A stretch of 36,702 nucleotides of DNA from a virus. The DNA is taken from positions 1-36,702 of IMG/VR virus record IMGVR_UViG_3300045988_049113. One strand, 5' to 3'. Positions within the stretch are counted from its first letter, which is position 1. Each line of letters begins with the position of its first letter. This document shows, one piece after another, positions 1 to 9,506 of this stretch. The position numbers and the translations under genes were made by a program. The notes beneath the pieces were generated by a model that had not been told where the DNA came from, searched no databases, and saw only the letters and a program-made list of their open reading frames with translations.

Positions 1-52
1 ATGGCTGGGATAGCGGGATTTGAACCCACGAGTGACGGAGTCAAAGTCCGTT
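1..52 (-). repeat. att core repeat (int-distal): orphan 3' half of tRNA-Gln(UUG)
   Basis: Bases 1-52 are identical to 36651-36702. The reverse complement reads as anticodon arm, T arm, acceptor 3' strand and CCA. No D-arm or 5' acceptor strand (TGGGATA) follows at 53-100, so this copy is a fragment. Confidence 0.85.
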
Positions 53-112
53 AAAATCGCTGAAATTGTGCTATTTCACGTTTTTATAGCGCCTGTAAAA
101 TTGTCAAAAATC

Positions 113-129
113 ATACAAATGGCGTAATT
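113..129 (+). promoter_or_regulatory. Candidate integrase arm-type site (ATACAAATGGCGTAATT)
   Basis: The GGCGTAAT(T/C) motif recurs in the same orientation at 36562-36570 and 36573-36581, on the other side of the att core. The flank ATACA(A/CA)ATGGCGTAATT is shared. Confidence 0.4.
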
Positions 130-138
130 ATTGTCCAA

Positions 139-180
139 CAAAAAATCCCCCGACAGAGCCTTTTTGCTCCGCCGGGGGAT
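139..180 (-). terminator. Rho-independent terminator after the endolysin gene
   Basis: On the minus strand, a 14-position stem (12 pairs, 2 mismatches; 146-159 with 166-179, CCCCCG...CGGGGG core) is followed by a U run (complement of 139-145). Confidence 0.75.
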
Positions 181-186
181 AACTGT

Positions 187-1068
187 TTATTCAGCCTTTA
201 AATCCTTAACGTACATCCATCCGGTAACATCAGTACCGATACCTATCAGCGCTTCCTTGCCGTCCTTTGACATCGTGATAACGTCAAAAATCGTCGTATA
301 AACAAACGGATACGGTTCCGTGCCGTCAGAAAAAGTAGCACTGGCATTGACCTTAACTTTACCACCAACCTTTACTGCCTTAGCAGCATCTGCTGACGGT
401 GCCGGCTGATTAGCAAGATAAAGATCTGATATGTATATCCAGCCTGTCCACTGATCACCAATACCGATACGGGCTTCCTTTCCGTTGCGTGACAGCAGCT
501 GTACATCATAGACAGTGTTGTAGACTTCCGCAAAAGGCTTTGCACCGTCCGAAAATGTTGCTCCTGCCTTTACCCTGACCTTGCTTCCTACTGTAACAGT
601 TGTGCTTGTGGGCTTCTTTGCCTTATAAAAAGACTTTTCGCCCATCAAGTACGGCAGAGAATCTACATACTGCGTACCGTCAAACACATCAAAGTGCAGG
701 TGCGTTCCGTAAGAGTAACCTGTATTGCCTTCCGTGCCTAACACCGTGCCGGCTTTAACCTTCTGACCGACTTTAACCTTTACACTGCCCTTGACCAGAT
801 GCAGATAACGACTGTATACTCCGCTCTCGTGCTTGATGCGGACGTAGTTGCCTGCTGTATATGTATCACTAAAGCCGTCAACAAAATCCTGCATAGCGAC
901 AACCTCGCCGTCTGCTACGGCAATTGCATTGCAGGCATGACCTGCGTCATTGATAAAGTCCATACCGTGATGTGTGCTGTAAGATGGCTCTCTTGTGCCG
1001 TAATCGGCTGTGCAATACTCTGACTTGCTTTCCAGCACATGATACTTTAAATTGTACTTTCCACTCAT
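187..1068 (-). CDS. Endolysin: N-terminal M23 (LytM-type) metallopeptidase plus two tandem SH3-like cell-wall-binding repeats
   Basis: HHGMDF and GNTGYSYGTHLHFDV metal-binding motifs are present. Two roughly 60-aa C-terminal repeats are seen (KVGSKVRVKAGATFSDG...WTGWIYISDLY and KVGGKVKVNASATFSDG...VTGWMYVKDL). It sits next to the holin at the genome end. Confidence 0.85.
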   Translation of the reverse strand: MSGKYNLKYHVLESKSEYCTADYGTREPSYSTHHGMDFINDAGHACNAIAVADGEVVAMQDFVDGFSDTYTAGNYVRIKHESGVYSRYLHLVKGSVKVKVGQKVKAGTVLGTEGNTGYSYGTHLHFDVFDGTQYVDSLPYLMGEKSFYKAKKPTSTTVTVGSKVRVKAGATFSDGAKPFAEVYNTVYDVQLLSRNGKEARIGIGDQWTGWIYISDLYLANQPAPSADAAKAVKVGGKVKVNASATFSDGTEPYPFVYTTIFDVITMSKDGKEALIGIGTDVTGWMYVKDLKAE

Positions 1069-1069
1069 A

Positions 1070-1477
1070 TTATTCTTCCTCGCTTTCCTTCTTCAGCTGA
1101 ACCATTATATCTTTCAGCTTCTTCGGCACGGGCAGTCCGAGATTGCCCGCATTTTCGATAATCGACAGTCCTTCATTCGCTATGTAAAAAAGCATAACCG
1201 CTGACATAGCCACAGGCGTACCGCCTAAAACATACATATCCGCTATGTGTCCAAGCGACACAAACACAAGGATCATCAGCTTTTTGGCAAGCCCTCTGAA
1301 GCCCACCTCGCTGGATAACTGTTTGTTAATAGCCGCTACGACAACGCCGGTGATGTAATCGGTCGCCATAAACGCTATCAACGCCCAGAACAGCCCCGTA
1401 ACCTCTCCGTACATAAAGCCTAAAACCGCTCCGACAGCACCTGCTATGCTGTCAATAATTATCTGTATCTTGCTCAT
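1070..1477 (-). CDS. Holin (phage_holin_4_1 / TcdE-like family)
   Basis: 135 aa with 3-4 predicted TM helices and a charged C-terminus (KKESEEE). The N-terminal pattern is typical of this holin family. It lies directly upstream of the endolysin. Confidence 0.8.
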   Translation of the reverse strand: MSKIQIIIDSIAGAVGAVLGFMYGEVTGLFWALIAFMATDYITGVVVAAINKQLSSEVGFRGLAKKLMILVFVSLGHIADMYVLGGTPVAMSAVMLFYIANEGLSIIENAGNLGLPVPKKLKDIMVQLKKESEEE

Positions 1478-1494
1478 TTTTTCGTCCTTTCTGC

Positions 1495-1836
1495 CTATTC
1501 GGCTAAAAAATCTTCTATTGCTATCATCTCGGCGGGTGTCAGAACGACATTCGTCGAGAGAATATCAATCTTTTCGGGTATATCAACATCAATGTTGAGC
1601 AGCTCCTCAAGCTCCTCATTGCAAACATCTACGTTTTCAGGGCGGATAACGTACTTCTCGCCATCCTGCTCGCCGTATTTCTGCAAGAGCTTCTGCCTCT
1701 GCTCATTATACAGCTTCGTTTCCTCATCTATTCTCCGTGCCAGCTTTGCCACAGCATACGACTGTATGACGGGCAGTTCCTTGCTCATCAGCTTGCTTAT
1801 GACGGGGATTGCATTTACTACAGTTGATAACTTCAT
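1495..1836 (-). CDS. Hypothetical protein between tail fibre and holin
   Basis: A 113-aa ORF tightly packed in the operon. No recognisable motif. Confidence 0.5.
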   Translation of the reverse strand: MKLSTVVNAIPVISKLMSKELPVIQSYAVAKLARRIDEETKLYNEQRQKLLQKYGEQDGEKYVIRPENVDVCNEELEELLNIDVDIPEKIDILSTNVVLTPAEMIAIEDFLAE

Positions 1837-1845
1837 AGCTTCTCC

Positions 1846-2076
1846 TTACTCTGCGTCCTGGGCGGCATATACTGCGGTCTGAAACTCCGTATAATCCGCT
1901 CTGACTGTGGTTTTGTTTTCTTCGTACAGTTCGGCGTTCGATACTGTCATGCTCATTGTTACGGTCTTGTCCGTTCTTATGGTAGCGCTGAAATACGCTA
2001 CGGTCTGTTCGTTGCCCTCTCCGTCAGTGATATAGCTTGTACCGTCAAACTGTGTTGTTTTGTTACTTCTAAGCAT
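1846..2076 (-). CDS. Hypothetical small protein downstream of the tail fibre
   Basis: A 76-aa ORF, 3 nt after the tail fibre stop, on the same strand. Confidence 0.5.
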   Translation of the reverse strand: MLRSNKTTQFDGTSYITDGEGNEQTVAYFSATIRTDKTVTMSMTVSNAELYEENKTTVRADYTEFQTAVYAAQDAE

Positions 2077-2078
2077 AA

Positions 2079-5000
2079 TTAACTCCTTTCGCTTAGTGCT
2101 TTTCTTAATCTTTTTATCTCATTCCACATCAGCGGAATAAACTGCTCATACGCAAGTGCGTATTGACTGCCATCGCCGTTTATATCGCAGAATCCTGCGA
2201 AATCGTCTGTCGAAAGCCCACATTTTTGCAAAGCGGATAAAACATCTTGTGCTATAAAACCGTAATTCTTAGCGGTTGATGTGTCACCGTTATAGAAAAA
2301 CGACTTTCCGTCAAGATAATCAAAAAGGTTTTCAGATTTGCTCGGCAAGTCGGCTATGTGGTTTTTCATACGGGCGTCGGATGAAACGGATATGGTACTT
2401 GAAGATGTCAGCGATGAACCTATCAACGATAAAGCTAAGTTAGAGTTGCCAACCACAATTTTTGATGATGAACACGCCAGCAACCTGTTTGCGCCATGAT
2501 AAATTAATGACGGGTTCGAAGAATCGAAAAGGATGCCTCTTTTGAATGCAACATAATCGTTAAATACAGGCAACCATTTGTACACATCGGGAGAAATGCC
2601 ACCTACCCCATAGTAACCCGCAATACCAATTGAGCAAATAGTCTTGTTTTCGTAACTGAAATAAATATCCGAAACGTCTATGCCACTTGAAAAGCGAGTT
2701 CTAACGTGAAATGTTGAATTAAATCCATCATTACTGCTTTTCCTTGAATCACAACACACGCTGTATGTCGGCTGATACGCACTGCTATCAAACTCATCCT
2801 GATATCCTAAATCTATTTGGCCGTATAATCCTGCTTTACCGATTTGATTAGTTGCCACTATGCCTATTCGTGTTTTACCATAGTTACTAAAATCAGTTGA
2901 TGTCGGAGCAATGTATCCAAGCTCTCTGCCTAACGAATAAAACTCTATTTTTCCGTTGTTTATCTCAGTACCAAACTGACTATTATACACAGCCAACCCA
3001 TTCAGCACATCAATATTGACACCGGACGTTTCATTTGTTCCCTCTTTGTGATTAATCGATGTCAATCCGTTATACAGCGAGTCATTACTTATCGTAAATC
3101 CGCCTATTGTCCCGCCTGTAGCTGTAATAGTTCCCGTGCTGCTGATTTTGAAATACTTGCTATCCCACACTCCTGTGGCCAGCGACAACTTCATACCGAT
3201 ATTGTTCGCTACATAGTTAGTGCTTTGAATTGTTCCTGCTTTAACGGTGCCGATATTTGTCGATATGGCAGATAGCGATATAACACTTAGCTTTTCCGCC
3301 GTTATGCTGTTATCAACTACCATAGATCCGTTCACCTTAACATCTGCATTCAGGCTTATGTGATCAGCAACTATCTGTAGTGCCTCACTTGTCAGCTCCA
3401 TACTACTTGCCGATGTCCCCGATTTTACGATCCACGATATTTTGTCGGCTTTCTGCTCTACGACGGATACCTTCTGTATTACGCTGTCGTTTGTCGCATA
3501 GGTACTCTCAACAGTTGCTTTAAATCCGTCTACCGTTTGCTCAAGACTTGACTGCTTGCTTGACAACGATGTTATTTCGGCCGTCGTGTCTTCAGGAGCA
3601 GGCGACCAGTCCGTAGCCTTAGTGCCTTTTTCGAGCTTGATATTGCAAGCCTCAATCATGCCGTTTTTATCAAGCGCAAGTGCCACGCATTCGAGCTTCG
3701 CTATGGCGCTGTCATTTATCGTCCACGTCTTTTCGTAGTAAATCCACTTGTCTTTTTCTGTCTGACTGCTCACCGTCAGCGACAGGGCATACAGCTTTTT
3801 ATCATCTGCCGAGCGAAATCGTGCCATTACATACCCGCTTGCGTCAAGCTCTACATCGCTTCTGACCTTTATCCATGCCGACAGAGTGTAGCTTGTGCCA
3901 ACCTCGAAATCTGTCAGAAAGTGCCTCTTGTTCGTGCCAAAATATCGTGCATTGCCGGAATAGCCGGTTCTGGATATTGCAAGGCTATTTCCTGATATTC
4001 CGCCATCAACCGTTATTATAGTGTTACCGCTCCAGCCGTTTTTGATGTTCCCCGTGCTGTCATACAGCAGATTTCTTCCACCTATCTGTATACTGTCAAC
4101 CGCCGACTTCGTGGCATATGTTTCTGACACTGTTGTCCGAAAGCCCGACAGGTCGCTTTCCAGTGCAGAAGTACGGGTGCCGATACTGCCTATGCTTGCA
4201 GTCAGCTCCGTGAATTTTGCATTTATCGTCTGAGATGTTCCGTCTATGACGACCTTACTTGTATTAAGATAGGTGCTGTTGTCGGCATTGATACCGTCAA
4301 TAACGCTCGAAATATCCAGCTTACTGCCGCTGATATGTGCATCATCAGCTACCATATCATTTTTGATAATGCCGCTCTTTATGCCGTCTTCGTGAAGTCC
4401 GTCATAAGAAGTAAACATTATCTTTCCGTTTGCATCGGTAACGTAAATGCCATAGTCGGATTTACCGTCCTCGCCTATCTGGACACGGACGGTATTATTT
4501 ACATCCTTGATCTGTATTGTGTTTCCGACTATCTGCAATTTTCCGCTGCTTGATTTTATCGTAAAATCATCGGTTTCGATGGTCTTTGACCGGAAGTTTG
4601 CGGCTGTAAGGTCCTTTATCAGCGCAGTCGCTATTTCCGCATTTTCGACAGTCAGCTTTATAGATGTCAGTTCACCCGTGCCGGCTTTGCCCGACAGCAG
4701 AACATCTATGTTTGCAACATTGGATTTCAGTGATTTAAGCGTTGCCGTATCGGCCACAAGCTCATCTATATCCGCTTTCTTTGCATACAGCTGTTCAACA
4801 TCTGCTTTCTTAGCCGTCAGATTGTCAATCGTGGCTATCTGTGCGGAAAGCTCGGTAATATCAGCCTTTGCGGCATAGACGTTTTCGAGGTTTGCAATCT
4901 GTGCATTAAGCTCTGCAATATCCGCTTTTTCGAGTAATGCTTGTTTTACGCTGATTATATCTGCGGTTATTCGTTCCGCCTGCTTCTGCGCAGGCGACTT

Positions 5001-5951
5001 ATAGCTTTCGCCGCTGTCCGCAGACTGTTCTTCAGCCGGTGCTTCTATTGTCATAGACAGACCGCCGTTATACGTCACAGAAATATTTGCGGCAGGAATT
5101 TTCACGGTTTCTCCGCCGTAGGTTATGCTCACCATATCCCACGCATCTATCAGCATATTGCCAAGCCTTAACGGGATTTCACCCGTGCGGTATTTAAATC
5201 CGTTTAATGACTTCTGCACCGTGTTCAGCTGATTTTGAGTCATAAACAGGCAGTCGTATGTTATCGCAGTGCCTGTGCCGGCTGTAAAATCTCCGCACAC
5301 CACACGTCCGACTGTACTATCGTCGGTAGCAACTGTGGGTGTGTCATAGCAGTTTTCGGACAATTGCACCGTAGTATCAAACCACTTGAACGCTATCTTG
5401 CCGGTACGGTCACAAACGGCGAATTTGCCGTACAGCCCTGCGATATATCCGATTATTTCACGGCAGGTATAGCCCTCCGGCTTGTCCTTTATCGTTACCG
5501 CCGTAAGCCCCGAAGTATTAAAGGCAACGCCGCACTTTGTCGCTATCTCAGACAGCATTTTCAGCGTTGTGGACGGATACGACAGGCTTGAAAAATAGCC
5601 TTTTTCCGTCTTTGTCATGTTATCCTCAAGCGTTACCGACAACAGTTCTCCGCTTTTCTCGATTTTCTTTACCGTAAGCACTCCCTGCGGTGCGTATTCG
5701 CCGTTCACGCCAAAATACAACGTGCAAGCGCTTCCCTTTCTGACCGACGCAGGAAGTGCCGACAGCTCGACTTTTGCGTTTGCTATGACAGTTCCGCCCG
5801 GCACTATGCTCTCACTGCACGATCCGCCCGAATAGCTTACGCTGAACAGATCGTTCACCGTTACATTATTACCGAAATCCAGCTTGCAGCAGTAGACAGG
5901 CTCAGCACCATTAACGGCTGACAGAAAATCATCCGAAACATTTGTATACAA
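2079..5951 (-). CDS. Tail fibre / tail-associated host-recognition protein with C-terminal peptidase S74 intramolecular chaperone
   Basis: 1290 aa, immediately after the tape measure and Dit-position gene. It has a coiled-coil block of KADI(A/T/D)EL repeats. The C-terminus carries SDARMKNHI...YGFIAQDVLSAL...YEQFIPLMWNEIKRL, typical of S74 auto-cleaving chaperone domains. Confidence 0.8.
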   Translation of the reverse strand: MYTNVSDDFLSAVNGAEPVYCCKLDFGNNVTVNDLFSVSYSGGSCSESIVPGGTVIANAKVELSALPASVRKGSACTLYFGVNGEYAPQGVLTVKKIEKSGELLSVTLEDNMTKTEKGYFSSLSYPSTTLKMLSEIATKCGVAFNTSGLTAVTIKDKPEGYTCREIIGYIAGLYGKFAVCDRTGKIAFKWFDTTVQLSENCYDTPTVATDDSTVGRVVCGDFTAGTGTAITYDCLFMTQNQLNTVQKSLNGFKYRTGEIPLRLGNMLIDAWDMVSITYGGETVKIPAANISVTYNGGLSMTIEAPAEEQSADSGESYKSPAQKQAERITADIISVKQALLEKADIAELNAQIANLENVYAAKADITELSAQIATIDNLTAKKADVEQLYAKKADIDELVADTATLKSLKSNVANIDVLLSGKAGTGELTSIKLTVENAEIATALIKDLTAANFRSKTIETDDFTIKSSSGKLQIVGNTIQIKDVNNTVRVQIGEDGKSDYGIYVTDANGKIMFTSYDGLHEDGIKSGIIKNDMVADDAHISGSKLDISSVIDGINADNSTYLNTSKVVIDGTSQTINAKFTELTASIGSIGTRTSALESDLSGFRTTVSETYATKSAVDSIQIGGRNLLYDSTGNIKNGWSGNTIITVDGGISGNSLAISRTGYSGNARYFGTNKRHFLTDFEVGTSYTLSAWIKVRSDVELDASGYVMARFRSADDKKLYALSLTVSSQTEKDKWIYYEKTWTINDSAIAKLECVALALDKNGMIEACNIKLEKGTKATDWSPAPEDTTAEITSLSSKQSSLEQTVDGFKATVESTYATNDSVIQKVSVVEQKADKISWIVKSGTSASSMELTSEALQIVADHISLNADVKVNGSMVVDNSITAEKLSVISLSAISTNIGTVKAGTIQSTNYVANNIGMKLSLATGVWDSKYFKISSTGTITATGGTIGGFTISNDSLYNGLTSINHKEGTNETSGVNIDVLNGLAVYNSQFGTEINNGKIEFYSLGRELGYIAPTSTDFSNYGKTRIGIVATNQIGKAGLYGQIDLGYQDEFDSSAYQPTYSVCCDSRKSSNDGFNSTFHVRTRFSSGIDVSDIYFSYENKTICSIGIAGYYGVGGISPDVYKWLPVFNDYVAFKRGILFDSSNPSLIYHGANRLLACSSSKIVVGNSNLALSLIGSSLTSSSTISVSSDARMKNHIADLPSKSENLFDYLDGKSFFYNGDTSTAKNYGFIAQDVLSALQKCGLSTDDFAGFCDINGDGSQYALAYEQFIPLMWNEIKRLRKALSERS

Positions 5952-5959
5952 GCTATCAC

Positions 5960-6334
5960 CTACCTTTCTATCAGATTTATTGACACACTCTTGTAATAAT
6001 AGCCGCTTCCTGCGTACAGCTTACCTGTGGCGGTGAGATCTGTACTGTATGCGGTTATCTCCTTATATTCGCCGTCATAGTCGAATTTTACGGCAAAATA
6101 ATCGGGTTTGCTCTCAAACAGATTACGCAGGCTCTTCACCTGCGCTTCTGTGAGAAAAGACCATTTAAGCTCTATCTTGTATTTCCAGCAAAGTATGCTT
6201 CCGACAGTTGTTCCTGCGGCATTTCTGCCGGTGTTTGGTTCCCACGTCTTGCATCGTGTGGCATTATAGCCGTCAATATCGGGCGGCGGGAGCAGAACAC
6301 CCTTAACCCATATCAGATTTTTAGCCAAGCGCAT
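5960..6334 (-). CDS. Small tail protein in the distal-tail (Dit) position
   Basis: A 124-aa ORF overlapping the tape measure stop by 14 nt. The call is positional only. Confidence 0.4.
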   Translation of the reverse strand: MRLAKNLIWVKGVLLPPPDIDGYNATRCKTWEPNTGRNAAGTTVGSILCWKYKIELKWSFLTEAQVKSLRNLFESKPDYFAVKFDYDGEYKEITAYSTDLTATGKLYAGSGYYYKSVSINLIER

Positions 6335-9300
6335 TTACCCCCGTTCTGTATGTGTTCTCCTTGTTCAGACGTACTATCAACCGGTAAAGCGTTTTACCGT
6401 CAACCTCACCCTTAGCGATAAGATTAAGACCTTTCAGAAACTCCAGTATCTCACGAAGCAGAAGTACGACTTCCGTCATATCTCCGCCTTCGCCGATGAT
6501 GTCCTTGAGCTTTGACAGAGGCGCAATTACCTCCGGGTCTGTTCCTGCATTACGGTTATCACCGACCATTGCAAGCGTAGGCGCATACGCAAGACCGCCC
6601 TTTGCAAGTTTAGGTATCAGCGGAGGATTTTCAGGCATTGAGAAATGCCAGTCCTGACCGAACAAATCGCCTATTGCGCCTGCCACACCGCCGATAGCGT
6701 CAACTATACCCTTAACTGCGTTGTAAATGCCTGTCCAGAGCATATTAATACCGTCGATTATCAGATTGATAACGCCTTTGATCACGCCCCAGATTGTGTT
6801 CCAGATACCGCTGAAAAAGTCGCATATTCCCTGCCAAGCCTTATTCCAGTCGCCTGAAAATACACCTGTTATAAAGTCTATCAGTCCGCCGAAGGTCTTA
6901 ATAATACCGCCGATTATATCGCCGATAGCGGTAAATACAGTGTCAAAAACGCCTTTGACCGCCGCCAGTACATTTTTTATCGTGGGTCCCAACGTTTTTA
7001 CGAACCAATCGACAAACGGCTTTAGAAAATTCCATACTGCTTTTACGCAATCCACGATTTTTGCGACAACGGCAACGACCTTTACATAGACAGGCTTTAT
7101 TGCTTTGTCCCACAGGGATTTTATAAGGTCACATACCCACTGTATAACGGGCTGTATCCACTCTTTATAGACCGTCAGCACTGTATCACCGACTGAAGTT
7201 ATAAGTGACTGAATAGCTTCCATCATCGGTTCGCCATACTGCGACCATAGCTTTGCCGAGGTTATCCACAAATCGCTCCATACGCCCTGCAAGGTTGTCA
7301 GTATCGGCATAACACCGGTTACAAAAACCTCGTCGAATATTGTCTTGACGGTTTCAAAGAGCGTCGTCATAACCTCTGCGGTCGCCGTCCACTGATCTGT
7401 CAGCAACGGTAACACGGTTGTTATCATTGTGTTCAGCGAAGGGAAAATAACGTTATCCCACAGCTGACCGAACACAAGATTAAACGTATCTCCAAGCCCT
7501 GAAGCTATCGTACCTATTGACTTAAACGCTGTCTGAAGCGCCGGAGTCAGATTATTTGTAAAATAGTTTTTGAACGGCTCGGCAAGAGTTGCCATATCAC
7601 TCCAGGCCTTGCTCATATTATCCTTGAAGCCCTCTATAACGGGTGCGAATTTTTTGCCTATCTCCGCAAATATCGGAGCAAAATTTGTGTCGAAATACTT
7701 TTTGACGTTTGCAAACTGCTTTTTCAGCAGAGCAAACCCCTTTTTAATCTGCTCACGGATCTTATTTCCGATACCCTCGGCTGTCTTATCGCCCTCGCTG
7801 TCAAGTGCAGAGAGATCAGAGGAGGAGCTGTCGCTCTCGTGCTTTGAAGCAACATTCATCTCATCAAAACTTGCAAGGAAACGGCTGTTTTCCTTAGCCT
7901 TTTTTCCGACAGCTTCGACCTTTTTTGCCGCTTCAAGCGACTTTTTATACGTTGTGCCGAACAGCCCAGAAATAAAGCTCGCTATAGCTTTTGTCGCTGT
8001 GGCAAGTCCGGATGCCAATGTATTAAGCGCAGGCATGATAGCGTTTACTATAGGCGTAAACGCAACCTGAAGATTGCCCTTTATCTGCTTTACACTGTTG
8101 CCGAACTCCTCGTTTGCACCGATAGCATCCGACATTACCGACTTTATGCCACGAAACGCCGCATAAAGCCCTGCCATAAGAAACGTAGATTTAAGTGCGG
8201 ATTTGACACTTTTACCAAGTCCGCCTATTGTCTTGCCGAATCCACCGGCAGAAGTTTTTGCTTTGCCGAGCGATTTTTCAGCAGAAGCACCTACTTTTTT
8301 GACCGACTTTTCAAGGTTATCAACAGGTTTTTCTGCTCTTTTGAAATGGCTTGCAAAAGAGGAAGCCAGTTTTTTCACAGGAGCAATGACCGAGTTATTT
8401 ACCGCCGTGCCTACCGTTTTCAACGTGTTTTTCACCTTTGAAACAGGCTGTATTATCTTGCTTGCCGCCTTATCGGCCGTTTCCAGCACCTGCTCAATCT
8501 TTTTACACCCCGAATCCAGTACAGCAGTAGTTTTTTCTACCGCACTCTGCACTTTTTCGTTTGATGCAGCAGCCTCTGTTACCGCTGATTTAACCTGCAG
8601 CATTTTGTCTATCAGCATCGCTATGACAGGTAACGATTGCAGATTTATGTTGTTTGTGCTTTCAGGTATCTTGTTTACCGCTTCGGCAGCCTGCCGTGCG
8701 GCTTCAGCCAGCTTTTTGGCTTCTGCATCCGCTTGCATTGCCTTATCTATCTTGGCTTTAGTAGCTTCGGACTGCTGCTGCAGTTTCAGCATACTTGTTT
8801 CAACGGCGTTTATTTTTTCTATTACGGCATTGCCCTTTTCGCCTGCCATGTCTTTATCAGACATTGCCGCCATTTCTCTGTTAAGCTGTTTCCACTTCTC
8901 CTGTGCAAGCTCTATTTTTTCGTTAGTCAGCTCAAGACTTTTGTTCAGACGGTCGATAGGTTCGGAAGGAATTTCAAAACTGCCGACATCAATTTCGGGG
9001 AGCTCCTCTTTTTCTTTGGACTTCTTCTTATCGCTTTTCGGCTGATAGTTGTTCACGAAATCCATAGCTTCTTTGCTATAACCGGGTCCGAACTCGTACT
9101 TGTTATTTATCGTTTTGCCAAGGCTTTCTGCTTCCTTTTCCGCTTCCTTTACAGGCTCAACAAGCGCCTTTTCCAGCGTTTCGGAAGCCTTTTCGGCACT
9201 TTCGGATATAGAGCTTTCAAGCGTCTTTCCTACCTCTTCGGCGGGCTTTTCGACCTTCTGCACAGCCTTTTCAACGCTCTGCGTCACGGTCTTTTCTACA

Positions 9301-9506
9301 GCCTTGCCGACTTCCTCAACAGGCTTTACAGCCTTATCGGCGGCTTTTGACACACTGTCGGTAAGTGCCTTTTCAGCGGTTTCGCCGACCTTATCCCACT
9401 GCGACTGTATGCTTTTCTGTAAAGCTGAAAGCTGTTTGTCAAGCTCTGCGTCTATTATCAGCGACAGACTGATAGTGCCTACTGACGCACCGTTTCCGTC
9501 AGCCAT
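6321..9506 (-). CDS. Tape measure protein
   Basis: 1061 aa. The N-terminal half is long, Ala/Lys/Glu-rich and helical, and a central hydrophobic glycine-rich region follows. It lies between the G/T chaperones and distal tail genes. Confidence 0.85.
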   Translation of the reverse strand: MADGNGASVGTISLSLIIDAELDKQLSALQKSIQSQWDKVGETAEKALTDSVSKAADKAVKPVEEVGKAVEKTVTQSVEKAVQKVEKPAEEVGKTLESSISESAEKASETLEKALVEPVKEAEKEAESLGKTINNKYEFGPGYSKEAMDFVNNYQPKSDKKKSKEKEELPEIDVGSFEIPSEPIDRLNKSLELTNEKIELAQEKWKQLNREMAAMSDKDMAGEKGNAVIEKINAVETSMLKLQQQSEATKAKIDKAMQADAEAKKLAEAARQAAEAVNKIPESTNNINLQSLPVIAMLIDKMLQVKSAVTEAAASNEKVQSAVEKTTAVLDSGCKKIEQVLETADKAASKIIQPVSKVKNTLKTVGTAVNNSVIAPVKKLASSFASHFKRAEKPVDNLEKSVKKVGASAEKSLGKAKTSAGGFGKTIGGLGKSVKSALKSTFLMAGLYAAFRGIKSVMSDAIGANEEFGNSVKQIKGNLQVAFTPIVNAIMPALNTLASGLATATKAIASFISGLFGTTYKKSLEAAKKVEAVGKKAKENSRFLASFDEMNVASKHESDSSSSDLSALDSEGDKTAEGIGNKIREQIKKGFALLKKQFANVKKYFDTNFAPIFAEIGKKFAPVIEGFKDNMSKAWSDMATLAEPFKNYFTNNLTPALQTAFKSIGTIASGLGDTFNLVFGQLWDNVIFPSLNTMITTVLPLLTDQWTATAEVMTTLFETVKTIFDEVFVTGVMPILTTLQGVWSDLWITSAKLWSQYGEPMMEAIQSLITSVGDTVLTVYKEWIQPVIQWVCDLIKSLWDKAIKPVYVKVVAVVAKIVDCVKAVWNFLKPFVDWFVKTLGPTIKNVLAAVKGVFDTVFTAIGDIIGGIIKTFGGLIDFITGVFSGDWNKAWQGICDFFSGIWNTIWGVIKGVINLIIDGINMLWTGIYNAVKGIVDAIGGVAGAIGDLFGQDWHFSMPENPPLIPKLAKGGLAYAPTLAMVGDNRNAGTDPEVIAPLSKLKDIIGEGGDMTEVVLLLREILEFLKGLNLIAKGEVDGKTLYRLIVRLNKENTYRTGVNALG

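Noticed and set aside
53-120. An intact tRNA at the left end
   Set aside because: The sequence after base 52 has no D-arm and no TGGGATA 5' acceptor strand, so the left copy is only the duplicated 3' half.
2079-5951. Diversity-generating retroelement or hypervariable region in the tail fibre
   Set aside because: There is no reverse transcriptase gene and no template/variable repeat pair anywhere in the window.
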